The position numbers and the translations under genes were made by a program. Positions 48,263 through 57,984 of a DNA stretch of 64,000 nucleotides are shown here, in pieces. The DNA lies in the IMG/VR virus record IMGVR_UViG_3300044617_002354; one strand, given 5' to 3'. This DNA is from an uncultured virus (IMG/VR IMGVR_UViG_3300044617_002354) (lineage: Duplodnaviria; Heunggongvirae; Uroviricota; Caudoviricetes). Under the pieces are notes generated by a model. The model was not told the origin of the DNA and searched no databases. It was given only the letters and a program-made list of their open reading frames with translations. The first letter of the stretch is position 1. Each line of letters opens with the position of its first letter.

Positions 48263-48871
48263 ATGTATAAAAAAACAGTTATTGAAATTGGTGCGAACAA
48301 TGGTAACGACACCGAGAGGTTATTGAATATGCACCCAGATGCTATTATATACGCTTTTGAACCAACACAAGAATTACTTATTAACAACTTATGGCCAAAA
48401 TTTAAAGACAACAAACGTGTACGCGTACTACCGTTTGCTGTAGATGTAGTAAATAGTTTTAAAGAATTTAAAATAGCAGGGTGGTATGATTGGGGATGTA
48501 GTAGCTTGCATGATTTTGCGGATAATGCAAGAGAGGAGTGGCCTGGCAATGTAGATTTTAAGGTAACTCACAAATATTTCGTACCAACAATAACTATGCA
48601 AGATTTTTGTATAATGTACGGTATAACTAATATAGATTATTTACACATTGACACTCAAGGGAACGATTTCAATTGTTTATTGTCTTTTAAAGACCAGATT
48701 AAAATTGTACAAGGTGGTAGATGTGAAGTTGAAGCAAAAGTAAAATTGTATAAAGGAGTCGATAATTCTCTTAATAGCGTTAAAAGCTGGCTTATTGAAA
48801 ATGGTTTTCATGTAAATTGTTCGAATAATTTAGAAATAAGCCCTGAAGCAGATTTAGATTTTTATAGATAA
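48263..48871 (+). CDS. FkbM-family SAM methyltransferase
   Basis: EIGANNG, AFEP, LHIDTQGND. Confidence 0.85.
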   Translation: MYKKTVIEIGANNGNDTERLLNMHPDAIIYAFEPTQELLINNLWPKFKDNKRVRVLPFAVDVVNSFKEFKIAGWYDWGCSSLHDFADNAREEWPGNVDFKVTHKYFVPTITMQDFCIMYGITNIDYLHIDTQGNDFNCLLSFKDQIKIVQGGRCEVEAKVKLYKGVDNSLNSVKSWLIENGFHVNCSNNLEISPEADLDFYR

Positions 48872-48917
48872 ATAGTATGTTTATGTATACATACAATATT
48901 GTATAAAATACCTTATT

Positions 48918-49847
48918 ATGTATTATTTTTTAAATAAACATCTTTTAACTGTTGAGGATATTAAAACAGCTGCAAATTACGGCGGACAAGATATTTTTCT
49001 CGTGATACCGCTTCTTTCAGAGAGTCTGTACTATGAACATCTTGTACCAGGTCTCTGTAATCACAATGAATCTTTATACACAAAAATGTTCTTTTCAGGA
49101 CAAAACAGCATTCGTTACACAGACAAACTTGAGAGTTGCGATTTTTCAATTGTACCGTTTAAATTTAAAAAAGACGATACACGGATAAAAAATATATGTG
49201 ATGCAGCAAAAAAATATAAAAAAACGGTTATTGCGTTTTTTACCGATGACGATGTAGAGAGTTACGTATTACCTGAAAACTTATTTTTGTATAGAACCTC
49301 TGTGAATAAAAACTCTCAACAAGTCAACGAAAGAGTCATGCCGGCGCTGCACTCAGATCACTTTTTTGGTTTTACGGATTATAGTAATTCAATAAGTTTT
49401 TGCGGGCAGCTTACAGAGTTAAGATACAGGGTTATTCAAGAAATACAACAAACAGACATTAAAACTGACTTTATTATAAGGCGAGGTTTTTGGGCCCCAG
49501 AAGTAGGCTCTAAAATTAAAGCGCGTAAACAATATTATGAAAATTTATTAAAAAATCGTTATGCATTATGTGTTAGAGGTTCTGGTAACTTTTCATTTCG
49601 ATTTTATGAAGCTTTGTGTTTTGGAAGAATACCGATACTTATAGATACTGATATTTCGCTTCCGTTTTCTCATATTATAGATTGGGATAAACATATAATT
49701 TGTATAAAAGAGAGTGAAATTAGTGCACTTCCAGAATTAATAAAAACAGACAACAGAGATATGTTTGAAAATAGAAAATTATGGGAAGAATATTTTTCTA
49801 TTGAAGGCTACACTAAAAATTTTATAAAAGAAATAAACCTAAGTTGA
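48918..49847 (+). CDS. exostosin/GT47-like glycosyltransferase
   Basis: FCG, YALCVRGSGNFSFRFYEAL..GRIPI...LPF..IIDW. Confidence 0.8.
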   Translation: MYYFLNKHLLTVEDIKTAANYGGQDIFLVIPLLSESLYYEHLVPGLCNHNESLYTKMFFSGQNSIRYTDKLESCDFSIVPFKFKKDDTRIKNICDAAKKYKKTVIAFFTDDDVESYVLPENLFLYRTSVNKNSQQVNERVMPALHSDHFFGFTDYSNSISFCGQLTELRYRVIQEIQQTDIKTDFIIRRGFWAPEVGSKIKARKQYYENLLKNRYALCVRGSGNFSFRFYEALCFGRIPILIDTDISLPFSHIIDWDKHIICIKESEISALPELIKTDNRDMFENRKLWEEYFSIEGYTKNFIKEINLS

Positions 49848-49871
49848 AATATATAAAGTTTCTGGTATAAT
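49844..49871 (+). promoter_or_regulatory. sigma70-like promoter
   Basis: TTGAAA-N16-TATAAT. Confidence 0.65.
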
Positions 49872-49882
49872 AAAATATATAT

Positions 49883-50449
49883 ATGGAACATTTTTTTTAT
49901 AAAATACAAGGGTGGTTTACGTATCCTAATTTCTACAGGAGCGCAGTTTTACAAGCTAAAGACGGTTTTCATTTTGTTGAGATTGGTTCGTGGAAAGGTT
50001 CGTCAGCGGCGTTTATGGGGGTCGAAATTTTAAACTCCGGTAAAAAGATTCAATTTGATTGTGTAGACACCTGGGAAGGTAGTGTTGAGCATAAAACCGA
50101 TAAAACATCTCAGTTTTATGAGCCTTTACTTGAAACAAAAGATGCTTTATATGAAGTTTTTTTAAAGAATATTGAACCTCTTAAAGATATTATTACACCT
50201 AAACGAGCACCATCTGTTGAAGGAGCTAAACTATACGCGGATGACACTTTAAATTTTGTTTTCATTGATGCTGCACATGATTACGAAAATGTTTTTAAGG
50301 ATGTTAAAGCATGGTTACCAAAAGTAAAACAAGGCGGGGTGCTAGCAGGGCATGATATACACGATGAAGGTATACAAAAAGCTGTAGCTGATGTTTTAGG
50401 AGACTTTAAAACTACAGAAGAGGATGTTTGGTATTATAAAAAGAAATAA
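49883..50449 (+). CDS. class I SAM methyltransferase (Methyltransf_24-like)
   Basis: VEIGSWKGSS, VDTW, FIDAAHDY, GGVLAGHD. Confidence 0.85.
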   Translation: MEHFFYKIQGWFTYPNFYRSAVLQAKDGFHFVEIGSWKGSSAAFMGVEILNSGKKIQFDCVDTWEGSVEHKTDKTSQFYEPLLETKDALYEVFLKNIEPLKDIITPKRAPSVEGAKLYADDTLNFVFIDAAHDYENVFKDVKAWLPKVKQGGVLAGHDIHDEGIQKAVADVLGDFKTTEEDVWYYKKK

Positions 50450-50454
50450 AGTGC

Positions 50455-52254
50455 GTGCGCTCAGTTAATTTCGTTACATTAGCGGTAAAAAATTTTTTGT
50501 CTATTGGGCAAACACCTGTTACAATAAACTTTCAAAATGGTGTTAACGTTATTACAGGTATAAATTACGATAAGGAAGACTCTAAAAATGGAGTCGGAAA
50601 ATCCACAATTATAGATGCAATACATTTTGCACTATTTGGTACAACCACTAGAGGCTTAAATAAGGATTTAATTCCTAATTCATACACAAACGAAAAATGT
50701 GAAGTTATTTTAGATTTCGAGATTATACAAAACAATTCTTTAGATGTTTATAGAATTGTTAGAACGATTAATCCAACGAAATGTTTTTTATATAAAAATA
50801 AAGAAGACATCACACTTTCGACAATTGTAAAAACAAATGAATATATACAGGAGTTACTCCGGTCTTCAGAAAGTGTATTTCAAAATTCAGTTGTTATGTC
50901 TATGGGTACAGCTGTACCTTTTATGGCACAATCAAAAATTGATAAAAGAAAGTTTATTGAGAATATTTTAAATCTCGAAATTTTTTCAAAAATGCTTAGT
51001 TATATAAGAGACGAGCATAATGAAAATAAAAAAGAATATGAGATAGCGTATAATAAGAAAGAAAATTTATTTAAAACACTACAAAACTACACAGATCAAA
51101 TTAAAGAATTTGAAAACAATAAACAAATAAAGCTTCAAGAAATTAAAAAGAAACTTACAAACAATTTACAAGAAATACAAAAATTAAAACAAAATTTTAA
51201 CAAAATAGATTCTAACAACATTGAGAGTTTCGATTTACAAGAAGAGCAGCTTCGACAAGAATTAAAAAACAGAGACGCCCTCCTTAAAAAATTTGAAGAA
51301 AAAAAAGTTGAGATTACCACTTTACTTAAAAATCATAAAGACAGTATTATAAAAATACAAGAAAAAGGAAATATTTGCGCTCTTTGTAAAAGACCGTACA
51401 CAGAAAGTGAAACAGAAATTGCTAAAAACCATGTCGAAGAACATATACATGAGATAAACCTTTTACAAAATAAAAAACAAACCGTACTACAAGGAATTGA
51501 TCAAATTAATACAGCTAATAACATAACTAATAAAAAAATAAAAGAGATTAATGAAAAGAAAAGTAAATTAGAAACTGTTAGTAGAAACAATATTGTTTTA
51601 GAAAACAAAGTACTACTACTTGAAGGTCTTAATAATCAACTCAATGAGAACATTCTTGACATACAGCAAGAAACAAACAAACATTTAGAGAAGGCATTTC
51701 AACAGACAACCGATGAATATAATGCGTGTACAACCTTAGTAGACGGGTTAAATGAAAAATTAAAAGTTTTTGAGTGCGCAAAGTTTATAGTATCAGAGGA
51801 AGGGGTTAAAGCGTACATAGTTAAAAAAATGCTTACATTATTAAATGCGCGTATAGCTTTTTACCTTCAAAAAATGAACGCTAACTGTATGTGCACGTTT
51901 AATGAGTTTTTTGAAGATGAAGTACGCAGCGAAGATGGTATCGCGCGTTCGTATTTTAATTTTTCAGGGGGAGAGAGAAAACGTATTGATTTAGCCTGTT
52001 TATTTGCGTTTTTAGATATTAGAAGATTACAAGGTAATATTCATTACAGTACTATTTTTTATGATGAATTATTTGATTCTGCGTTAGATAATGCTGGAAC
52101 TGAATGTGTTTTTAAAATTTTAAGAGATAGACAAGAACTTTACGGAGAAAATAGTTATATTATCACACATAGAGGTGAGGAATTAATAAATCGAGCAGAT
52201 AACATTATTATGCTTGAAAAAAGAAACAATATTACATATTTAATAAAACAATGA
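50455..52254 (+). CDS. recombination ATPase subunit (T4 gp46/Rad50/SbcC-like)
   Basis: KNFLSIG, NGVGKST, CALC zinc hook, FSGGE, DE. Confidence 0.93.
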   Translation: MRSVNFVTLAVKNFLSIGQTPVTINFQNGVNVITGINYDKEDSKNGVGKSTIIDAIHFALFGTTTRGLNKDLIPNSYTNEKCEVILDFEIIQNNSLDVYRIVRTINPTKCFLYKNKEDITLSTIVKTNEYIQELLRSSESVFQNSVVMSMGTAVPFMAQSKIDKRKFIENILNLEIFSKMLSYIRDEHNENKKEYEIAYNKKENLFKTLQNYTDQIKEFENNKQIKLQEIKKKLTNNLQEIQKLKQNFNKIDSNNIESFDLQEEQLRQELKNRDALLKKFEEKKVEITTLLKNHKDSIIKIQEKGNICALCKRPYTESETEIAKNHVEEHIHEINLLQNKKQTVLQGIDQINTANNITNKKIKEINEKKSKLETVSRNNIVLENKVLLLEGLNNQLNENILDIQQETNKHLEKAFQQTTDEYNACTTLVDGLNEKLKVFECAKFIVSEEGVKAYIVKKMLTLLNARIAFYLQKMNANCMCTFNEFFEDEVRSEDGIARSYFNFSGGERKRIDLACLFAFLDIRRLQGNIHYSTIFYDELFDSALDNAGTECVFKILRDRQELYGENSYIITHRGEELINRADNIIMLEKRNNITYLIKQ

Positions 52255-53489
52255 CAAATTACGCTTTAACACAATCAGGTTTAAATTCAATCATTGGTAG
52301 ACCTATCGGGTTACCACCTTTTATACCAGGGGGTATACACGCTACCCCGCAAAGAGAGGCAGCTTTACCTCCACCTGAAATGCCTGGTCAAGGTTTGCCA
52401 AGAGCTGTTAATTATTTAGCTGATTATGGTGGGTGTAGTTTTTACAGGTGTATGTCACCAAATTTACTTTTAAATTTGTACCAAAAAGCAGTTGTTATTG
52501 AGTCAACAGCTATGGTGCTAGATCCTAGATTTTACCAGGAAGTAAAAGCTGTAAAAGTGCAAAGACAAGCAACTCCTATACAGAAAGAGTTTATACGCGT
52601 ACTAAAAGGCCTATCTCGTCAGATTGGTTTTAAAATAATTTATGAAGTAGATGATATAGTTTTTAGAGAAGACATTCCAGATTATAATCGAAATAAAGAA
52701 GCGTTTGTTTCAGATGAAATTAGAAACTCAATCATTGATATTATTGAAATGTGTGATGAGGTCACTGTTACGTGTGATTTCATGAAAGATTATTTTAAGA
52801 GCAAAACAAATAATCAAAACGTTACAGTTATTCCGAACTATCTCTTGAGATGGTGGTTTGATCGATATTACGATTTTAACAAGCTTATAAAGAATTACGA
52901 AAAAAATAAAAAGAAACCAGTTGTATCTATTTTTGCTTCAGGTACTCACGTTGATGTTATCAACCGCACTAACCAACGAGATGATTTTACAGCAGTTATC
53001 GGGGCAATTATTAAATCGAGAAAAGATTTTAAGTGGCAATTTTTTGGAAGTTACCCGCTACCGTTAAAACCGTTTATAGATTCCGGTGAAATGATATACA
53101 GCCCTTGGGCTCAATTACCTGATTTTCCTGGTGTTGTTGCTAACTCTGGGTCACAATTAACATTTGCAGCTTTAGAAGATAATAACTTTAATCGCGCTAA
53201 GAGCAACATTAAGTTGTTAGAAGCTGGTGCAATAGGATTACCGTGTGTTTGTCCGGATATGGTTACATATAAAGACGCGTTTTTGAAATATAAAACAGGC
53301 GATGAATTTATTGATCAAATTAAGTATGCACTAAAAGATCAAACTCGTTACGGTCAGCTTTGTAAGAAGTCAAGAGAGTATACAGAGAAGTTTTGGCTTG
53401 AAAGTGAAAACAACATCGGCAAACACCATGAAGCCTATTTTACTCAGTACGGCTCTTCTGAAAGAAAGTTTTTAAAAGAAGTAAATTAA
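52251..53489 (+). CDS. GT-B-like phage glycosyltransferase
   Basis: ADYGGCSFYR, YEVDD, VTVIPN, FNRAKSNIKLLE.GA.G.P. Confidence 0.75.
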   Translation: MTNYALTQSGLNSIIGRPIGLPPFIPGGIHATPQREAALPPPEMPGQGLPRAVNYLADYGGCSFYRCMSPNLLLNLYQKAVVIESTAMVLDPRFYQEVKAVKVQRQATPIQKEFIRVLKGLSRQIGFKIIYEVDDIVFREDIPDYNRNKEAFVSDEIRNSIIDIIEMCDEVTVTCDFMKDYFKSKTNNQNVTVIPNYLLRWWFDRYYDFNKLIKNYEKNKKKPVVSIFASGTHVDVINRTNQRDDFTAVIGAIIKSRKDFKWQFFGSYPLPLKPFIDSGEMIYSPWAQLPDFPGVVANSGSQLTFAALEDNNFNRAKSNIKLLEAGAIGLPCVCPDMVTYKDAFLKYKTGDEFIDQIKYALKDQTRYGQLCKKSREYTEKFWLESENNIGKHHEAYFTQYGSSERKFLKEVN

Positions 53490-53497
53490 AGTTAATT

Positions 53498-53525
53498 TTG
53501 ATAATGATTAAAAATACGCTATAAT
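53498..53525 (+). promoter_or_regulatory. sigma70-like promoter of the DNA polymerase gene
   Basis: TTGATA-N16-TATAAT. Confidence 0.65.
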
Positions 53526-53538
53526 TTATGGTGTATTT

Positions 53539-56091
53539 ATGTATCGAAATTGTTATTATAATAGCTACACAAGTAGTGTATTTCTTCGTACCTGGTCTGA
53601 AGAAGGTGTGCGAATTGATACAGAGATGCCATTTTCACCATATCTTTACGTAGAGGACGAAAAAGGTAATTGCGCAACATCTATATTTAAGACACCACTT
53701 AAAAGAAAAAACTTTCAGAATAGCTTTGAAAGAAACAAGTTTGTAAAAGAATCAGGTAAAAAACGCTTTTTTGGTAACCTGCCTCCAGAGCAACAATTTC
53801 TTATTGATATGTATCATGAGAGTGTTCATGATAAAGATTTTAGTAAATTTCCTTTAAAAGTATATTATTTTGATATTGAAACATACTCACCAGATAGCTT
53901 TCCTTTACCTAAGGAAGCAAAGGACCCTGTTATTTTAATTACAGTATACAATTCACTCAACGGTCAAATAGATACATGGGGTGTAGAGAAAGAATACACT
54001 CCAAAACAAAAAAACGTAAAATATCATTGCTGTGATTCTGAAGTTGAGCTGTTTGATAGGTTTATGAAGTTCTGGAAAGCTGACCCACCAGATTTATGGG
54101 TCGGATGGAACAGTGAACAGTTCGATATACCGTATATTATTAACAGAGGTCGAAAGCTACTTAATGATGATTTTATCAATCAGCTTTCTCCGTTAAAAAG
54201 CTTAAGGTATAGAGAGTTTCGTAATGACTTTGGTCAAGAGACAGGTAAATGGATTATAAACGGTATAAGCTGTATTGATTATATGGACTTATATAAGAAG
54301 TTTTCAAAAGGAGATAGAGAGTCTTATTCTTTGAACTATATAGCTGAGTATGAATTAGAGGAAGGAAAGCTCGCTATTAATGCAACTAATCTTTCAAGCC
54401 TCGCTGAAACTAATTGGGAGAATTTTGTTGATTATAATATACAGGATGTTAACCTGCTAATTAAGCTTGATAAGAAACTAAATTTTTTGAATATTGTGAG
54501 GCTTTTAGCTTATAAAGGTTGTACAAATTTCGAAGCAGCTTTAGGTAAAATTGCAATTGTTACTGGCGCTATGTCACTACAAGCTCGAGAGCAAGGCTAT
54601 GTTATACCTACATTTGTAAATGATGAGATACGAGATTCGCTTGCAGGAGGGTTTGTAAAAGACCCAGTACGAGGGTTACACGATGGTATAGTTAGTTTTG
54701 ACGTAAACTCTCTATACCCAAACACAATCATTACGTTAAATATATCTTCAGAAACAAAGCTTGGTAAAATTATTACAGGAGACATTGAGAAAGATCCGCG
54801 TATACAAATAAAACTTGTTAATGGTGCAGTTTCTTCAATAGAAACGGAAAAATTTAAAAAATTTATAAAAGATGAAAAAGTAGCAGTGTCAAAGGCTGGG
54901 GTGTTATACTCTCAGAAATTTAAAGGGGTTTGCCCTAATTTAATCAATAAGATCTACACAGAAAGAGTTGAAGCAAAAAAGAAAATGAAAGAACTTCAAC
55001 TTAGTAAAAAGCACGATAAAAGCACAAAAGACTCTATTGTATATTATGATACATTACAGTATACGTTAAAAATCTTACTTAATAGTATATATGGAGTTTT
55101 CGCAAATAAACACTCTCCATTTATGGATATTGATAATGCTTCATCAATTACGCTTACAGGTCAGGCTGTTGCTAAAGCAGGTTCAGATATCATAAGAAAT
55201 TTTGTAACTCAGAAGTACGGCATCACAGATGATGTGGTTATTTATAATGACACTGATTCTTGTTATATTACGATAAAACCAATTTTGCAAAAATATAACA
55301 TACGTTTAGTTGATGATTCGAACCATATAACGCAAGAAGCGCATGTCGTTGTTAACGAGATAGATAAAATTGTAAACACGGAAATTCTTGCTTGGGCGAG
55401 AACTGAACTCAATTCCATGGACCCGCGTTACGAGTTTAAGAGAGAAGCTATTGCAGATGTTGGTACGTTTTTACAAAAAAAGAGATATATTATTAGAGTT
55501 TTAGACGATGAAGGTATACCAACAAATAAGTTTAAATATGTCGGGGTTGAAATTGCAAGATCAACGACCCCTAAAAAAGTAAAAGATCTTATTAAAAAGA
55601 CAGTAGAAACAGCATTTTTAACAAAGGATGTTAAAAAGACAAATGATACGTTTAGAGAAGTTTATGAAGAGTTTAAAAAACTCGATGAACAAGAAGCTTC
55701 TTTTAGAAAAGCTGTAAAGGATTACGAAAAATATAGTAAGACTACAGATTTAAGCAAGTTTGAAAAAGGTACACCGTGTCATGTTAAAGCGGCTATTGCA
55801 TATAATTTATTACTTAAAGCTTTTAAAATTGAAAACAAATACGAAAAAATAAACTCTGGTCAAAAAATAAAATATTTCTATGCAGCAAAAAACCGTTACA
55901 ATCTCGATGCGGTTGCATTTGTGGCAAAGTTTCCAGATGAATTTAAAGAATATATAAAAATTGACTACAATAAAATGTTTGATAAAATAGTCGCAGCACC
56001 AATTGAAAGCGTGTATGAGGCTATTAATTGGAGAGTACCAAATTTTTCTAAAGAAATACAAACAGATTTATTTGATTTATTGGATGAATAA
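53539..56091 (+). CDS. family B DNA polymerase (T4 gp43-like)
   Basis: Exonuclease DIET, FDIPY, YNIQD; polymerase DVNSLYP, KILLNSIYG, YNDTDS, KKRY. Confidence 0.95.
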   Translation: MYRNCYYNSYTSSVFLRTWSEEGVRIDTEMPFSPYLYVEDEKGNCATSIFKTPLKRKNFQNSFERNKFVKESGKKRFFGNLPPEQQFLIDMYHESVHDKDFSKFPLKVYYFDIETYSPDSFPLPKEAKDPVILITVYNSLNGQIDTWGVEKEYTPKQKNVKYHCCDSEVELFDRFMKFWKADPPDLWVGWNSEQFDIPYIINRGRKLLNDDFINQLSPLKSLRYREFRNDFGQETGKWIINGISCIDYMDLYKKFSKGDRESYSLNYIAEYELEEGKLAINATNLSSLAETNWENFVDYNIQDVNLLIKLDKKLNFLNIVRLLAYKGCTNFEAALGKIAIVTGAMSLQAREQGYVIPTFVNDEIRDSLAGGFVKDPVRGLHDGIVSFDVNSLYPNTIITLNISSETKLGKIITGDIEKDPRIQIKLVNGAVSSIETEKFKKFIKDEKVAVSKAGVLYSQKFKGVCPNLINKIYTERVEAKKKMKELQLSKKHDKSTKDSIVYYDTLQYTLKILLNSIYGVFANKHSPFMDIDNASSITLTGQAVAKAGSDIIRNFVTQKYGITDDVVIYNDTDSCYITIKPILQKYNIRLVDDSNHITQEAHVVVNEIDKIVNTEILAWARTELNSMDPRYEFKREAIADVGTFLQKKRYIIRVLDDEGIPTNKFKYVGVEIARSTTPKKVKDLIKKTVETAFLTKDVKKTNDTFREVYEEFKKLDEQEASFRKAVKDYEKYSKTTDLSKFEKGTPCHVKAAIAYNLLLKAFKIENKYEKINSGQKIKYFYAAKNRYNLDAVAFVAKFPDEFKEYIKIDYNKMFDKIVAAPIESVYEAINWRVPNFSKEIQTDLFDLLDE

Positions 56092-56108
56092 GTTAAAATA
56101 CTAGCACC

Positions 56109-56939
56109 GTGAAAATATCTCATGAAGTACCTATTGACTTGTTAGATGTCTCTCATTCTTTTAATGATTACTGTTATTGTTTAGTACATTTACTTCCACA
56201 GTTCTCTAAATACAGAGAACACTACTTTAATAGCGTTAAAGTGGGTAGGCATGTATTACTCGATAATAGTATTTTTGAGTTAGGAGAAGCTTATGACTCA
56301 GCTGAATTTGCAAAATGGGTTAAAGACTTATCTCCTACAGAATATATTGTGCCGGATGTTTTAGAGAATTCAGCGCTCACAAAACAAAAGTATTTAGAGT
56401 TTTTTGATACGTACCCTAACCTACCCGGTAAAGTTATTACAGTTGTTCAGGGACAGACATATGAGGAAATAAAAGAGCTATATTTGTTTTTCTTAAATGA
56501 AGAAAGAGTGAATAAAATAGCTATATCTTTTGATTATAGCTATTACTTGTCAGAGGAGTGTAAACAGTATGCTGCACGTCTTAATTTTAATGCAAAGAAC
56601 GGTAAATGGTGGGAATACACACTAGGCAGAGCTGCAACACTTTTTAGGTTAAAAGAAGAAAATATACTATCAAGTAAAAAGAAGCTACATTTACTTGGAT
56701 GCTCATTACCTATTGAATTTAGTTTTTATAAATATCTTGACCTCGATTCGTATATTGATACTATTGATACATCAAACCCTGTCGTGGCTGGTATGTTAGG
56801 TAAAAGATATTCTACAGAGGGACTGGATGAAAAATGGTCATATAAGTTAGTTGATTTTATAGAAGCAAAACTCACCACCAAGCAGGTAAAAGATGCATGG
56901 TATAATGTTAATAAATTTAAAAGGTTTTTACATAAGTGA
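56109..56939 (+). CDS. divergent TGT-fold protein, DpdA (DpdA3-like) 7-deazaguanine insertion enzyme
   Basis: LLDNSIFELG, PDV, VVQG, HLLG, IDTSNP TGT-barrel motifs; next to queF. Confidence 0.65.
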   Translation: MKISHEVPIDLLDVSHSFNDYCYCLVHLLPQFSKYREHYFNSVKVGRHVLLDNSIFELGEAYDSAEFAKWVKDLSPTEYIVPDVLENSALTKQKYLEFFDTYPNLPGKVITVVQGQTYEEIKELYLFFLNEERVNKIAISFDYSYYLSEECKQYAARLNFNAKNGKWWEYTLGRAATLFRLKEENILSSKKKLHLLGCSLPIEFSFYKYLDLDSYIDTIDTSNPVVAGMLGKRYSTEGLDEKWSYKLVDFIEAKLTTKQVKDAWYNVNKFKRFLHK

Positions 56940-57469
56940 AAAAGTGGGTAGCATTGTTTTCTCAAACAGGTAGTGAAATCTATAATCTTTCAAAAGATTT
57001 AAAAAGATCTCCAGATGTTATTGTTACAAATAAATCGTTTCAAGACATAGAATTGATTAATTTTAATCTCGTTAACACGCACTGGTCTAAATTTCTTTGG
57101 TTACCAAAGAAACCCACGGTGGATGAATACATCCTAGCTTTAGAAGGAGCAGATATAGTCACCTTACATGGTTATTTACGTATAATACCTAAAGAAGTGT
57201 GTGATATGTTTAATATATACAATCTTCATCCAGCACCTTTAACGAGATACCCGTTTTTAAAAGGTAAAGATCCGCAAAAAAAGATTTTTGAGCAAAAATT
57301 AGATTATGGCGGGAACACTATACATAAGTGTACCGCTGAATTAGATAGCGGGGAAATTATTTTAGAAGAAGATTTTTTTATAAAAGACTATAGACTCGAT
57401 ATAATTATCGGTTTGACGCATAAAAGAGCATCAGCTTTATGGTATAAATTTTTAAAAAATAATTTATGA
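56936..57469 (+). CDS. PurN-like formyltransferase, DpdN-like
   Basis: FSQTGSE, GYLRI, NLHP, G.TIH, LDSG. Confidence 0.8.
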   Translation: MKKWVALFSQTGSEIYNLSKDLKRSPDVIVTNKSFQDIELINFNLVNTHWSKFLWLPKKPTVDEYILALEGADIVTLHGYLRIIPKEVCDMFNIYNLHPAPLTRYPFLKGKDPQKKIFEQKLDYGGNTIHKCTAELDSGEIILEEDFFIKDYRLDIIIGLTHKRASALWYKFLKNNL

Positions 57470-57984
57470 AAATAGCAATATCTGGTGGAGCAAGTCAAGG
57501 AAAAAGTACTATAGTTAATATGCTTAAAGAAGATAGCATGTTTCAAGAGTATAATTTTTGCACTAACTTAACAAGAAATTTATCTCAGCAAGGTATACCA
57601 ATTAATGAAGGAGGTACCGCGATAACACAACTTCACGTTATGCTCAAACATTTCGAGAGACTATATATGTATGAGAATGCTGTATTAGATCGTTGTGCAC
57701 TAGATGGGTTAGCATACAGCATGTATTTTTTTGACAAAATTGAAAAACCTGTACGAGAAGCAATTATAAAGCTTTTTGAAGCTATGATTGTAAAGTATGA
57801 TAAAATTTTTTATATACCACCTGAGTTACCACTAATAGAAGACGGTGAGCGTTCAGTGGATAGAAATTTTTTTAACGGAGTAAACAAGAATTTTGAAGCA
57901 GTAATTAGGGATTATAGTGTAGATGTTATTCGTATTAGCGGCACAGTTACTGAGAGAATAAAGCAGATTAAATCAAATTTATGA
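57466..57984 (+). CDS. P-loop nucleotide kinase-like protein (AAA_28/dNMP kinase fold)
   Basis: GGASQGKST, DRCALD, DGER. Confidence 0.75.
   Translation: MKIAISGGASQGKSTIVNMLKEDSMFQEYNFCTNLTRNLSQQGIPINEGGTAITQLHVMLKHFERLYMYENAVLDRCALDGLAYSMYFFDKIEKPVREAIIKLFEAMIVKYDKIFYIPPELPLIEDGERSVDRNFFNGVNKNFEAVIRDYSVDVIRISGTVTERIKQIKSNL

Noticed and set aside
37566..50449. Host O-antigen locus, i.e. the window being bacterial chromosome
   Set aside because: It is embedded between phage gp47 and gp46, uses the same promoter style, and lacks wzx/wzy/ABC export genes
53539..56091. Intein or intron in polB, nrdA, helicase or uvsX
   Set aside because: Lengths are normal, motifs are contiguous and no splicing signatures were seen
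56936..57469. purN as an auxiliary purine-synthesis gene
   Set aside because: No other pur genes are in the window, and it overlaps TGT-like and kinase/queF genes, so a modification role is more parsimonious, though not proven
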